Assembly (NCBI GenBank): GCA_963749655.1
Contig: CAVVOB010000027.1
Span: 1-64,000, forward strand
Source: Nitrospirota bacterium
GTDB taxonomy: Bacteria > Nitrospirota > UBA9217
DNA length: 64,000 bases
Reading direction: 5' to 3'
In this document: positions 1-12,164 of the stretch, piece by piece
Numbering within the stretch: position 1 is the first letter of the stretch
Layout of the letters: each line of letters starts with the position of its first letter
Translations under genes and position numbers: made by a program
Notes under the pieces: generated by a model
What the model saw: the letters and a program-made list of their open reading frames with translations, nothing else
The model's database searches: none
Told to the model about the DNA's origin: nothing

Positions 1-34
1 TGCTCAGCAAGATAGCTGAGCAGCACGGCGTGGA

Positions 35-173
35 TGGCCGTTGGCGTGGAGTGGAAGTGTCAGATGTGGATGGGATGCGAGCCTTATAGACCGGAGGCGT
101 ACTAACTGTACGTCGGAGGGCATAAGGCGCAGCAGACCGCCGCAGATGAACTTCCCGAACACGCCGACGGCCA
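35..173. repeat. MITE/REP-like nested palindromic element (~140 bp)
   Basis: tggccgttggcgtg (35-48) pairs with cacgccgacggcca (160-173); inner arms ccttat/ataagg and gcgtac-taact-gtacgt. Confidence 0.6.
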
Positions 174-195
174 GACACTCCCCCAGCTTGCTTCT

Positions 196-528
196 TCACT
201 CCCACTGCTTCCATACGTCCGGCTGATAGCCGATTGTCGCCTTGCCGCCGTTTCGCACGATGGGAGTCTTGAGCAGGAGCGGATCGTTCAGCAGCTCTTC
301 CTCAACGTCATGGGTCAGGTACTTCAGGTTCTTTCGGGCATACTCCTTGCCTTCCCTGTCTATCAGGTTGTCCATGCCCACTGCCGCTTTCAGACTGGCC
401 ATTTCACCCTTGCTCGGGCCATTTTCCGCAAGATCGATGAACTGGAACCTGATTCCCCTCTCCATGAAATACCTTTGCGCCTTCCTCGTGTCCCAACACT
501 TGAGCGTTCCGAAGATCTGTATGTTCAT
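196..528 (-). CDS. ArsC/Spx-family thioredoxin-fold protein
   Basis: IQIFGTLKCWDTRKA N-terminus and PLLLKTPIVR motif; 110 aa. Confidence 0.85.
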   Translation of the reverse strand: MNIQIFGTLKCWDTRKAQRYFMERGIRFQFIDLAENGPSKGEMASLKAAVGMDNLIDREGKEYARKNLKYLTHDVEEELLNDPLLLKTPIVRNGGKATIGYQPDVWKQWE

Positions 529-728
529 GTTTGCCCCTCGCTATAATCCTGATACCTCAATCATACCATAACAACCGGGCATTAGGAAGCCTGGGCTGAA
601 CCAAACAAAACTAGTGGGAATTACATTGAAGGAAATTATTGGCCGCGGTATAATTTGCATTTGGTGGTCACAATGATTAGAGAAAAGTACAGGAAAACAG
701 TCGGGAACGAAATCGAGAGTGTGAGCAT

Positions 729-2231
729 ATGCCGCGGAGTGCCGAACAGTATTGTCTGGACCTCAAAACACTGCCTCAGCCCGGTATCGGCAAAATCCTG
801 GTAACAGGCGCTACCGGCTATATCGGCGGAAGGCTCGTGCCCGAACTCCTCGACAGGGGCTACGATGTGAGGGTCATGGTTCGGGCCTTTTCGAGGGAGT
901 ATGAGGATCGGTGGCCTGGAGTGGAGGTCGTCACCGGTGATGCTCTCGACCTGGACAGCCTCATCCCTGTCCTGGACGGGGTCCACAGTGCCTACTACCT
1001 TATCCATTCGCTGTTGCACGGCCCCAAGCGGTTTGAAGAACTCGACATCCAGGCAGCGGTAAACTTCCGAAAAGCGGCGGACCGCAACCGGGTAAGCCGT
1101 ATCATATACCTCGGCGGTTTGGGCGACCGAGGATCTAAACTCTCTGACCATCTTCGGAGCAGGCAGGCGATCAGCCATGAGCTGAGGCAAGGTTCGGCAG
1201 CCCTCACGGTACTGCGGGCTGCTATCATCATAGGCTCCGGAAGCGCCTCCTTTGAGATGATCGAGCACCTCGTGAGGACTCTACCCGTCATCTTCCTGCC
1301 GCCATGGGCTGAGACCAAATGCCAGCCCATCGGCATACGTAATGTTATAATGTATCTTGTAGGAGTCCTGGAAACACCGGAAGCAGCAGGAATTTCCTAC
1401 GATATTGGCGGCCCCGATATCTTAAGCTACCACGAGATGCTGAAGATATTTTCAGAGGTCCTCGTTTTGAAACGGCTCTTTATCCCCGTATTTTTCTCCA
1501 ACATTCGTATCTATTCCTATCTTACAAGCCTTGTCACCCCCGTTCCCCACCCCATCGCATTCTCTCTGTTGGAAAGCACTGCAAATACCGTTGTCTGTGA
1601 GAATAATGATATAATGCGGATCGTAAGAATCAACCTGCTTTCTTATCGCGAGGCGGTAATCCGTGCTTTGTCGCGCGAGGACCAGGACCGCATACACACC
1701 AGGTGGTCCGATGCCTACCCCCCGGCGCACGAGCTGGCCATAAAGCTCACGGAAATGGACCTCGAGGCTCTGTACACGAAGACAACGTCAATTTCTACAG
1801 ACAAGTCTCCCGGAGCACTCTTCAGCTCCGTTTGCCGGATAGGCGGCAAAGAAGGCTGGTTCAACATGAACTGGCTCTGGAAGGCGCGGGGTATACTCGA
1901 CAGGGTGCTCACGGGCGTGGGCACTGCGAGGGGGCGGCGCAGTTCCTCTTTTCTCCGGATCAACGATGTCGTCGACTTCTGGCGCGTAGAGGATATCAGT
2001 TCTGATCAACGCGTGCTCCTGCGAGCAGAGATGAAGATTCCAGGCAGGGCGTGGATGGAGTTCTCCATCGACGCCAATCCGGACGGAAAGAGCCGACTCA
2101 CCCTGAAAGCCTATTATCAGCCCTTCGGATTCTGGGGCAAAGCCTATTGGTATGCCTGCTTTCCCCTCCACATTTTCATATTCAACGACCTTATCGAGCA
2201 GATCGAACGGCGCAGCGTTCTCTCCAATTAA
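729..2231 (+). CDS. Atypical SDR NAD(P)-binding oxidoreductase with C-terminal DUF2867-like domain (YbjT-like)
   Basis: ILVTGATGYIGG Rossmann motif; YYLIHS; DFWRVE...LLRAEMKIPGRAW. Confidence 0.85.
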   Translation: MPRSAEQYCLDLKTLPQPGIGKILVTGATGYIGGRLVPELLDRGYDVRVMVRAFSREYEDRWPGVEVVTGDALDLDSLIPVLDGVHSAYYLIHSLLHGPKRFEELDIQAAVNFRKAADRNRVSRIIYLGGLGDRGSKLSDHLRSRQAISHELRQGSAALTVLRAAIIIGSGSASFEMIEHLVRTLPVIFLPPWAETKCQPIGIRNVIMYLVGVLETPEAAGISYDIGGPDILSYHEMLKIFSEVLVLKRLFIPVFFSNIRIYSYLTSLVTPVPHPIAFSLLESTANTVVCENNDIMRIVRINLLSYREAVIRALSREDQDRIHTRWSDAYPPAHELAIKLTEMDLEALYTKTTSISTDKSPGALFSSVCRIGGKEGWFNMNWLWKARGILDRVLTGVGTARGRRSSSFLRINDVVDFWRVEDISSDQRVLLRAEMKIPGRAWMEFSIDANPDGKSRLTLKAYYQPFGFWGKAYWYACFPLHIFIFNDLIEQIERRSVLSN

Positions 2232-2332
2232 TGTTCGTTGTTCCGTCCGAATAGGCCCGGCGGACAACAAGGCCTTTATTTTTACCGGCATAAAATGTAA
2301 TATTTCCGAAACTAACAAGGAGGATATGACAG

Positions 2333-2740
2333 GTGGACGACGAAGCAAGAAGGAAACAGACGCAGGAGACTGCAGCAAAGCTTTTCGGAAAAGGCATCAA
2401 GATGGACCCGCCCTACCTTACATGGAAAGAATTTAACAGAGACCTTGCCAATGACCTTTCGATGTTCATAACCGGCAACCTCTATTCAAGAACCGTTTTG
2501 ACTCTGCCGGAACGGCAGATGGTGGCCTGTGCCATGCTGGCAGCCCTGGGAGCAACAAAGGAACTGAAGCTCCACCTGAATGCCGCCCTGAACGTTGGCT
2601 GCGACCCCAAGAAGCTTGCCGAGGTCATCTTTCAACTCGCCACTTACGGAGGCATGCCGAAAGTCAACGACGCCCTCGACGTGTACCGGGAAGTATTGAA
2701 AGAAAGAGGAGAATGGGAAAGTTTCAGGAAGACCCCTTAA
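2333..2740 (+). CDS. Carboxymuconolactone decarboxylase family protein
   Basis: LKLHLNAALNVG...EVIFQLATYGGMP pattern; aggagg RBS upstream. Confidence 0.8.
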   Translation: MDDEARRKQTQETAAKLFGKGIKMDPPYLTWKEFNRDLANDLSMFITGNLYSRTVLTLPERQMVACAMLAALGATKELKLHLNAALNVGCDPKKLAEVIFQLATYGGMPKVNDALDVYREVLKERGEWESFRKTP

Positions 2741-2855
2741 GGCCGTGACACGCCTGTCCCCGCAAGGGGGTAACGTGTGAAGCGGGTAGAACCCGTGAAG
2801 CGTTAGCCGTGAAGCGTGAAGCGACAATGAATTCAAAAAACTGGGCTGTGAGGCG

Positions 2856-3554
2856 TTGATGGTGAAGCATGAAGCGGCGAAAAATAATGATTCGCTGCCA
2901 TCCTCCTGGACGCGGGCGCTCGAAATGAACGTCCCCGTAGGATCGGACCAGGTGCTGCTCGTCATAGGGGAGACTCTCACTTCACCGGCAGCTCGCATAT
3001 GCCTTATCGAGAGAGCTAAGGGCCGGTGGAAGCCGGTCTACGGACCGATTGAGGCAATAGCAGGCAGAAACGGTTTTGCCCTGCCCGAAGAAAAGAAAGA
3101 AGGGGATGGCAGGACGCCAATCGGCCCTTATCCCCTGGAATTTGCCTTCGGCTATGCCCCGGAAGCTTCTACGAACATGCCCTATCGACAGGCATTGGAC
3201 GGAGATGTCTGGGTTGACGACACTAATTCGCCGGACTACAACAGGTGGGTAAGAAGGGGAGAAACAAGCGCGGCATCATTTGAACAGATGAGGCGAAAAG
3301 ACAATCTGTACAGGTACGGCATCGTGCTAGGATTCAATAGAAACCCTGTTGTGAAGGGGCACGGGAGCGCCATCTTCTTTCATATCTGGAAAGGGATGGG
3401 GGAGCCCACGGCAGGCTGTATTGCCATGGCCGAGGAGGATCTGGTCGCGATCCTGGGCAGACTCGATTGTTCGCAAAAACCGGTCGCGGTCATCGGAACT
3501 GCGCACACATCAGACCCAGATTCATCAATAGAGCTCGGTGTCGGGATCTCCTGA
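2856..3554 (+). CDS. L,D-transpeptidase (YkuD-like) family protein; start uncertain
   Basis: KKEGDGRTP, GSAIFFH and PTAGC catalytic motifs. Confidence 0.8.
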   Translation: MMVKHEAAKNNDSLPSSWTRALEMNVPVGSDQVLLVIGETLTSPAARICLIERAKGRWKPVYGPIEAIAGRNGFALPEEKKEGDGRTPIGPYPLEFAFGYAPEASTNMPYRQALDGDVWVDDTNSPDYNRWVRRGETSAASFEQMRRKDNLYRYGIVLGFNRNPVVKGHGSAIFFHIWKGMGEPTAGCIAMAEEDLVAILGRLDCSQKPVAVIGTAHTSDPDSSIELGVGIS

Positions 3555-3757
3555 AGCAAACCGTCGTGAGGCGAGGAAGCTCGGTCTTCTGCGTAAGCAG
3601 AAGTTCCGAAGCCGAACGCGAGCGAAGGTCGCCGCCGGAGCGACCGAGCGTGTTTGCGTGGAGATTCCGACACCTGTGCCAATCCAATGAAAATCTGGGT
3701 TAGAAGGATTTCTCTATAAAGCGATTGCTTCGATCTGGTCGTTAATGATACAATTGT

Positions 3758-3773
3758 TGGCAAGAAATTTGCA
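3758..3773 (+). promoter_or_regulatory. Putative sigma-54 (-24/-12) promoter of glgP
   Basis: TGGCAAGAAATTTGCA with exact GG-N10-GC spacing, about 30 bp before the ATG at 3805. Confidence 0.55.
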
Positions 3774-3804
3774 TACAATGAATCCGTGGGCACGAAAATA
3801 AAAA

Positions 3805-6249
3805 ATGGGGGCTTTATTGGAAAAAGACGTTGAAATACTCCGCAAATCTCTTTCAGACCACCTCACCTACAGCATCGCAAAAGACAAGTACTCCGCCACC
3901 TCACGGGACAAATACGATTCCCTCGTCCTCTCTGTTCGAGATTTCCTCGTCGAGCGGTGGATAAAGACCCAGCAGCAGTACTATGACGTGGATACAAAAA
4001 GGGTATACTACCTGTCTCTCGAGTTTCTTCTCGGAAGGCTCCTCAACAATTATGCGCTCAACATCGGCCTGTCCGATGAGTACCGCAAGGCTGTGAGTTC
4101 CATAGGGATAGCCTACGAAGACGCCCTGGAGCATGAGTGGGATGCCGGCCTCGGCAATGGAGGCCTTGGAAGGCTCGCGGCCTGTTTTCTCGACTCTCTC
4201 GCCACCCTCCAGTATCCTGCCTACGGCTACGGCATCCGGTACGAATACGGCATATTCTATCAGAAGATACAGGACGGTTTTCAGTTAGAGTCTCCGGACA
4301 ACTGGCTGAGATACGGCAACCTCTGGGAACTCCCTCGGCCCGAGCTTATCTATACAGTCAACTTCTACGGCAAGGTCGATACCATCACCGGCGTAAGCGG
4401 AAAACTGAACACGAAATGGGTAGGCGGGGACGAGGTCATGGCAATGGCCTACGACTATCCGGTTCCGGGTTTTCGGAATGATACCGTAAATACGCTGCGC
4501 TTATGGGCGGCAAAATCTACGCGGGATTTTAACCTCGAATACTTCAACAGCGGCGACTACATCAGGGCTGTGGAGGACAAGAGTCACACCGAGAGTATCT
4601 CAAAAGTCCTCTACCCGCCCGACCAGTATGATGTGGGAAAAGAGCTAAGGCTGAAACAACAGTACTTCTTCGTGAGTGCGACTCTGAAAGATATCATAAG
4701 GAGATACAAAAAGTTCCACCGCACCTACAATGAATTTTCCAGTAAAACAGCTGTACAACTCAATGACACCCACCCGTCCATCGCCATAGCTGAGTTGATG
4801 AGAATACTAGTGGATGAAGAGGGGCTTATCTGGGAAGACGCCTGGGCTATAGTCACAAAAACCTTTAGCTACACCAATCACACGGTCCTGCCAGAGGCGC
4901 TCGAGACGTGGTCCGAAGATCTCTTCGGCAACCTTCTTCCCCGCCACATCCAGATAATCAGGGAGATTGACAGGAAGTTTCTTATACAGGTGTCTGACCG
5001 CTTCACTGACGATCCCTCGTGCAAGGAGCGGATGGCCATTATCACCGGCGACGGGAAACGAAATGTAAACATGGCGCGGCTCGCGATCGTGGGCAGTCAT
5101 GCAATAAACGGGGTGTCGGCACTCCACAGCGAGATCCTGAAACAGAGTGTTTTCAAGGATTTTCACAAGATTATGCCAGACAAATTCCAGAACGTGACGA
5201 ACGGCATAACGCCGAGGCGCTGGCTCCTCGAAGCCAACCCCCTCCTCTCGGCCCTGATTACCGATGCCATAGGAGATGGGTGGATCAAGAACCTGGTGGA
5301 ATTGGAGAAACTGGAGCCTCTGGCGGATGACAGCGAATTTCTTAAACAGTTCGCCAGGATAAAAGAAATGAATAAGAATGCCCTGTCCGAATACCTTTAC
5401 AAGGCCTTCTGGCTCTCCCTGTCTTCAGAGTTCTTTCTTGACTGCCAGACGAAAAGGTTCCACGAGTATAAGCGGCAGCTCTTGAACGCGCTTCACGTCA
5501 TCACGCTCTACAACAGGATACGAGAAGGAAGGATAGACAGGGCCTTTTACCCGAGGACGATTCTCTTTGCCGGGAAGGCAGCTCCGGGATATTTCATCTG
5601 CAAGCTGATCATCAAACTCATCCATGACATAGGCGCACGCATTGATGCCGATCCCGTGGTGCGGGAAAAACTGTGCGTCGTTTTTGTCCCGAATTATGAG
5701 GTGAGCCTTGCCCAGCGAATCATGCCGGCAGCCGAATTATCCGAGCAGATATCTACCGCCGGGTATGAAGCATCGGGAACGGGCAACATGAAATATACCC
5801 TGAACGGCGCCCTCACGATCGGAACCCTTGATGGGGCCAACGTCGAGATCAGGGAAGAGGTAGGCGAGGACAATTTCTTCCTCTTCGGCCTCACCACGGA
5901 AGAGCTTGCCGCGCTGAGGACGTGCTACAATCCTCGCAAGTATTATGAGGAAGGTAAGGAGCTGAAACAAGCCATAGATCAGATCCATAACGGGTACTTT
6001 TCGCCCGGGATGCCAACGTTGTATCACCCGATTACCCATCCGCTCCTGGACCACGACACCTACTTTGTTCTGGCCGATTACGCAGCCTACATCAAGTGCC
6101 AGGAAGAGGTAAACAAAGCCTATGGAGACAGGGATCGCTGGACGAAGATGGCTGTTCTGAACGTTGCCCGGTCAGGCAAGTTTTCGAGCGATAGGGCCAT
6201 CCGGGAATACGCGGAAAAGATCTGGGGCATCTCACCGGTAGCGCTCTAA
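3805..6249 (+). CDS. glgP: Glycogen/alpha-glucan phosphorylase
   Basis: GLGNGGLGRLAACF, LRLKQQYFF, QLNDTHP and PLP-lysine motif EASGTGNMK; 814 aa. Confidence 0.97.
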   Translation: MGALLEKDVEILRKSLSDHLTYSIAKDKYSATSRDKYDSLVLSVRDFLVERWIKTQQQYYDVDTKRVYYLSLEFLLGRLLNNYALNIGLSDEYRKAVSSIGIAYEDALEHEWDAGLGNGGLGRLAACFLDSLATLQYPAYGYGIRYEYGIFYQKIQDGFQLESPDNWLRYGNLWELPRPELIYTVNFYGKVDTITGVSGKLNTKWVGGDEVMAMAYDYPVPGFRNDTVNTLRLWAAKSTRDFNLEYFNSGDYIRAVEDKSHTESISKVLYPPDQYDVGKELRLKQQYFFVSATLKDIIRRYKKFHRTYNEFSSKTAVQLNDTHPSIAIAELMRILVDEEGLIWEDAWAIVTKTFSYTNHTVLPEALETWSEDLFGNLLPRHIQIIREIDRKFLIQVSDRFTDDPSCKERMAIITGDGKRNVNMARLAIVGSHAINGVSALHSEILKQSVFKDFHKIMPDKFQNVTNGITPRRWLLEANPLLSALITDAIGDGWIKNLVELEKLEPLADDSEFLKQFARIKEMNKNALSEYLYKAFWLSLSSEFFLDCQTKRFHEYKRQLLNALHVITLYNRIREGRIDRAFYPRTILFAGKAAPGYFICKLIIKLIHDIGARIDADPVVREKLCVVFVPNYEVSLAQRIMPAAELSEQISTAGYEASGTGNMKYTLNGALTIGTLDGANVEIREEVGEDNFFLFGLTTEELAALRTCYNPRKYYEEGKELKQAIDQIHNGYFSPGMPTLYHPITHPLLDHDTYFVLADYAAYIKCQEEVNKAYGDRDRWTKMAVLNVARSGKFSSDRAIREYAEKIWGISPVAL

Positions 6250-6259
6250 CGCGTAGTGG

Positions 6260-6311
6260 TGGGGATGCCCCCTTCTGACTCAGGAATTGAGTCAGGTAGA
6301 GGGGCATCCCT
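6260..6311. terminator. Hairpin between convergent genes (probable terminator)
   Basis: gggatgcccc...ggggcatccc with inner ctgactca...tgagtcag. Confidence 0.55.
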
Positions 6312-6331
6312 ATCGTCGATGCTTTTCCTGG

Positions 6332-7440
6332 TTAGGTCAGCTTCAATAAACGCCGTGCGTTTTTTGAAAATATTTTGGCCTTCTCTTCCTCTGTTATGTT
6401 CATCCGCTCTATGGCCTTAATCACTGCTTCAAGGTTGACATCGCCGGGATAGGGGTAATCGGTGCCGAAAACCATGTGGTCGGCGCCGAAGAAGTCGTAT
6501 CCGCACATCATGGCCGACGTGTTGCTGCCCAAAACAGTGTCGCCGTAAAATCTTTTGAAATATTCCACGGGTGGTTTCGTCAGCTTCATGATATCACCCT
6601 CGCCGGAAGCTGCTATCACAGGAACCCGTGTAGAGAAGAAGGGAATCATAGCCCCGCAGTGATGGGCGACGAGCTTCAGGTTGGGGTATTTTTCCATGAC
6701 GCCACTGTAAACGAGGCGGCCCATGGCCATCGTTGTTTCATAGGGCCACCCGAAGGCAACGAACAGAGGCATACTTCGCGGATTTTTCACCGGGATAGTC
6801 CGGAACCTCTATGTCTCTGGCCGGGTGTATAAAAATAGGCAGATCGTACTGGGCCATCTTCTCAAAGAGCGGCAGGAACTCCCGGACTGTCCAGCGCTTT
6901 GCCGTTCACGGAACTGAATATCTGGATGCCTTTCATTTTGAGGTCTTTGATAGCCCGGTCCGTTTCGCGGAGAGAAGCATCGACGTCGGTCATGGGCAAG
7001 GATGCTACTGCAGCGACAAAGCGATCGGGGTACTTCCTCACCAGTTCGGCCATTTCGTCGTTGGCAATCCTGGCCAGGTCCACCGCATCTTTTGGAGAAA
7101 CGGCAAATTCTATTGGCGGAGCACCGAGGGTCAGTACATTTTTCAGCCCCCCAAATCTGTCCATCGTCTTAAACCGGAGGTCCAGATCGACAAGGGCGGG
7201 CCTCAGTCGGTTCGCCTCAAGGTTGTAGCAAGGCCTCGATTTTTTCAGCAGCGCCTCATTGTACTTCTTCGGGAGAATATGGGGAAAAATATCGATCTTC
7301 TCGCCCGACTCCTTCTTCTGCGCCGAGGCTATTTTTGGGGCGCCGAGTGTTGCCACTCCGAGGCTTATGGCACTGCTCATTTTGAGAAAAGTCCGACGAT
7401 CCATTCCCTGAGGCTGATCCTTGTCCGTTTTCTTTTTCAC
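6332..7440 (-). pseudogene. Tat-exported amidohydrolase_2-family (ACMSD/decarboxylase-like) gene with two frameshifts
   Basis: DRRTFLK Tat signal; IDIFPH, PIFIHP (in the intervening frame), HHCG, FGTDYPY; extra bases near 6882 and 6766. Confidence 0.8.
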
Positions 7441-7687
7441 TTTCGTCCTCCCTTTTTAAAATGCCGTAAATCGTAAAATCGGAAAACAAAGCAGCAGATA
7501 TGCTGCGTGGTTCCCGGTCTCCTGTTTCAGATTTCCGGTTTCCGATTTTCGACAACGGATTCGAATCCATTTTCCTTTATGCTTCTCCAAAATGCAACTC
7601 TTTTCTTCTGGTAGTTACAAAAAGTTCAAGAATGATGTAGAATTGCTGGTTCAGTAGCACCTTTAGAAGGTGCGAGGAGGAGGGGTA

Positions 7688-8455
7688 GTGAGACTAGTTC
7701 TTATACTGTTATTGGCTACAAGCGTTGCCGTGCCTAACATGGCTGGCGCCGGTCAGGACACTCTTACCCAGATATCGACGATAGACGCCTTGATGACGGG
7801 GGTTTATGATGGGGATACGACGCTCGCGTCTTTGAAGGAGAAGGGGGATTTTGGCCTCGGCACCTTCAATACCCTCGACGGCGAAATGATACTCCTTGAC
7901 GGCCGTTTTTACCGGGTCACAGCCACGGGTACGGTGGAGCAACCCGATCACGCCACAAAGACCCCATTTGCGGCCGTTACGTTCTTTGAGCCGGACCTAA
8001 CGTTTCCCCTGGACAAGGGACTCAATTTTGAGCAACTCACGGCCCGGACCGACCGGCTTCTACCTACGCTCAACGTCTTTTACGCCCTTAAGATCACCGG
8101 CACTTTTCAGATCGTGACCACGAGGAGCGTACCTTCCCAGAAGAAACCTTACAAGCCGTTGAGCGAAGTCGTAAAGACTCAGCCGGTCTTCACCATGAGG
8201 AACATTGAAGGAACGATCGTGGGGTTCCGTTGTCCCTCCTATGTGAAGGGCATCAATGTTTCGGGGTACCACCTCCACTTTCTTACAGCGGACCGAAAGG
8301 CAGGTGGGCACGTGCTGGACTTCAAGGTCGAAAAGGCCACGATGGAACTTGACGAGACAAGAGAGTTCCTTCTCATCCTTCCCTCAGACAAAGCATTCTT
8401 CAGCGCAGACTTGGCAACGGACCGGGAAAAAGAACTGAAAGCGGTGGAAAAATAG
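7688..8455 (+). CDS. budA: Alpha-acetolactate decarboxylase with N-terminal signal peptide
   Basis: GDFGLGTFNTLDGEM, TPFA, TRSVP, GYHLHF, GGHVLD. Confidence 0.92.
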   Translation: MRLVLILLLATSVAVPNMAGAGQDTLTQISTIDALMTGVYDGDTTLASLKEKGDFGLGTFNTLDGEMILLDGRFYRVTATGTVEQPDHATKTPFAAVTFFEPDLTFPLDKGLNFEQLTARTDRLLPTLNVFYALKITGTFQIVTTRSVPSQKKPYKPLSEVVKTQPVFTMRNIEGTIVGFRCPSYVKGINVSGYHLHFLTADRKAGGHVLDFKVEKATMELDETREFLLILPSDKAFFSADLATDREKELKAVEK

Positions 8456-8555
8456 CTTAACACGGATTTTTCATTTGCATACATCAGGGTGTCGGAATCT
8501 CCACGCTCTATTGACAGGTCTGGGATGAATCAACATAAAACCTTTGGTGAACGCT

Positions 8556-10834
<2,279 letters not shown>

Positions 10835-10880
10835 TTACGGTAAGTTGAAGCTCTCCACGTAACTATCGGCAAGAACCGGT

Positions 10881-12044
10881 TTACACCCCTGCTGCCTTCC
10901 TGATAGCATCCACCATGTCGAGCCGCTCCCAGGTAAAGCCTTCTTTTTCGTTTCTCCCAAAATGGCCGCCGCAGGCCGTTCTTTTATATATGGGCTTCAA
11001 GAGATCCAGCTTCTCTATGATCTTTCTGGGCCGTAAATCGAAAAGCTCCAGAACGATCTGGGAAATCCTGTCAGGGCTGATCTTCGATGTCCCCTCGGTA
11101 TCGATCATAACGGAAACGGGCTGTGCAACGCCGATAGTGTATGCAACCTGTATTTCGAGCTTTTCGGCAAGGCCCGCAGCTACAAGGTTTTTCGCGATAT
11201 AGCGTGCCATGTATGATGCGCTCCTGTCCACTTTTGAGGGGTCCTTGCCGGAGAATGCGCCGCCGCCGTGGCGTCCGCCGCCATAGGTATCGACAATGAT
11301 CTTCCTGCCCGTCATTCCGCAGTCTCCCTTGGGACCGCCCACGACAAACCTGCCCGTAGAATTAATATATATCTTTGTGTTTGTGTCCATGAGCTCTGCG
11401 GGCATAATTTTCTTGATCACTTCTTCGGTTATGCCTTCCCTGATCTTCTCGATCGTTACATCAGGATTATGCTGTGCGGCAATAACAACCGCGTCAACCC
11501 GTACAGGCTTCTTGTCGATATATTCAATGGTTACCTGGCTCTTGCCGTCAGGCCTCAAGAAATTAAGGATACCTTTCTTGCGCACTTCGGCAAGTCGCGT
11601 CACAAGCTTATGAGCGTACATAATCGGCATAGGCATATATTCAGGAGTCTCGTTGCAGGCGTAGCCGAACATGAGGCCCTGATCTCCCGCTCCCTGTTCG
11701 TGATCGGCCGATTCATTGACGCCCATGGCGATGTCGGGCGACTGCTCATCGATGACCGTGAGGACCGCACAGGTCTCCCAATCGAAGCCCATAGAGGAAT
11801 CGTTGTATCCGATCTCTTTGACGGTCTGCCTGACTATGTCGGGGATGTTTGCGTAGCTGCTCGTTGTGATTTCGCCGCCAACGAGCGCGAGTCCTGTTGT
11901 CACATATGATTCGCAGGCCACTCGGGCCTTCGGGTCCTGTTCGATGATGGCATCGAGCACTGCGTCAGATATCTGGTCGGCAACCTTGTCCGGGTGCCCT
12001 TCAGCTACCGATTCTGATGTGTAAAGAAATCTACTCATTCCCAT
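10881..12044 (-). CDS. metK: S-adenosylmethionine synthase
   Basis: [26 protein letters not shown]. Confidence 0.97.
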   Translation of the reverse strand: MGMSRFLYTSESVAEGHPDKVADQISDAVLDAIIEQDPKARVACESYVTTGLALVGGEITTSSYANIPDIVRQTVKEIGYNDSSMGFDWETCAVLTVIDEQSPDIAMGVNESADHEQGAGDQGLMFGYACNETPEYMPMPIMYAHKLVTRLAEVRKKGILNFLRPDGKSQVTIEYIDKKPVRVDAVVIAAQHNPDVTIEKIREGITEEVIKKIMPAELMDTNTKIYINSTGRFVVGGPKGDCGMTGRKIIVDTYGGGRHGGGAFSGKDPSKVDRSASYMARYIAKNLVAAGLAEKLEIQVAYTIGVAQPVSVMIDTEGTSKISPDRISQIVLELFDLRPRKIIEKLDLLKPIYKRTACGGHFGRNEKEGFTWERLDMVDAIRKAAGV

Positions 12045-12164
12045 TTTGTTATACCTCCTTAGGTTTATTCAAATTTGGTGTGCCGAGTTCTGTTCTGCTT
12101 GTTCAGCGAATGCGTTGCTTTTTACCCTTATCGCTTTAAACAGTTGGAAAACTTAACACTATAT

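Noticed and set aside
11268-11295. MetK motif [11 protein letters not shown] one residue shorter than the usual DTYGGxxRHGGG
   Set aside because: Lies in a repetitive ccgccg tract of an error-prone sequence; probably an artefact until reads confirm it.
12045-12164. SAM riboswitch upstream of metK
   Set aside because: No SAM-I or SAM-II core sequence recognisable by eye.
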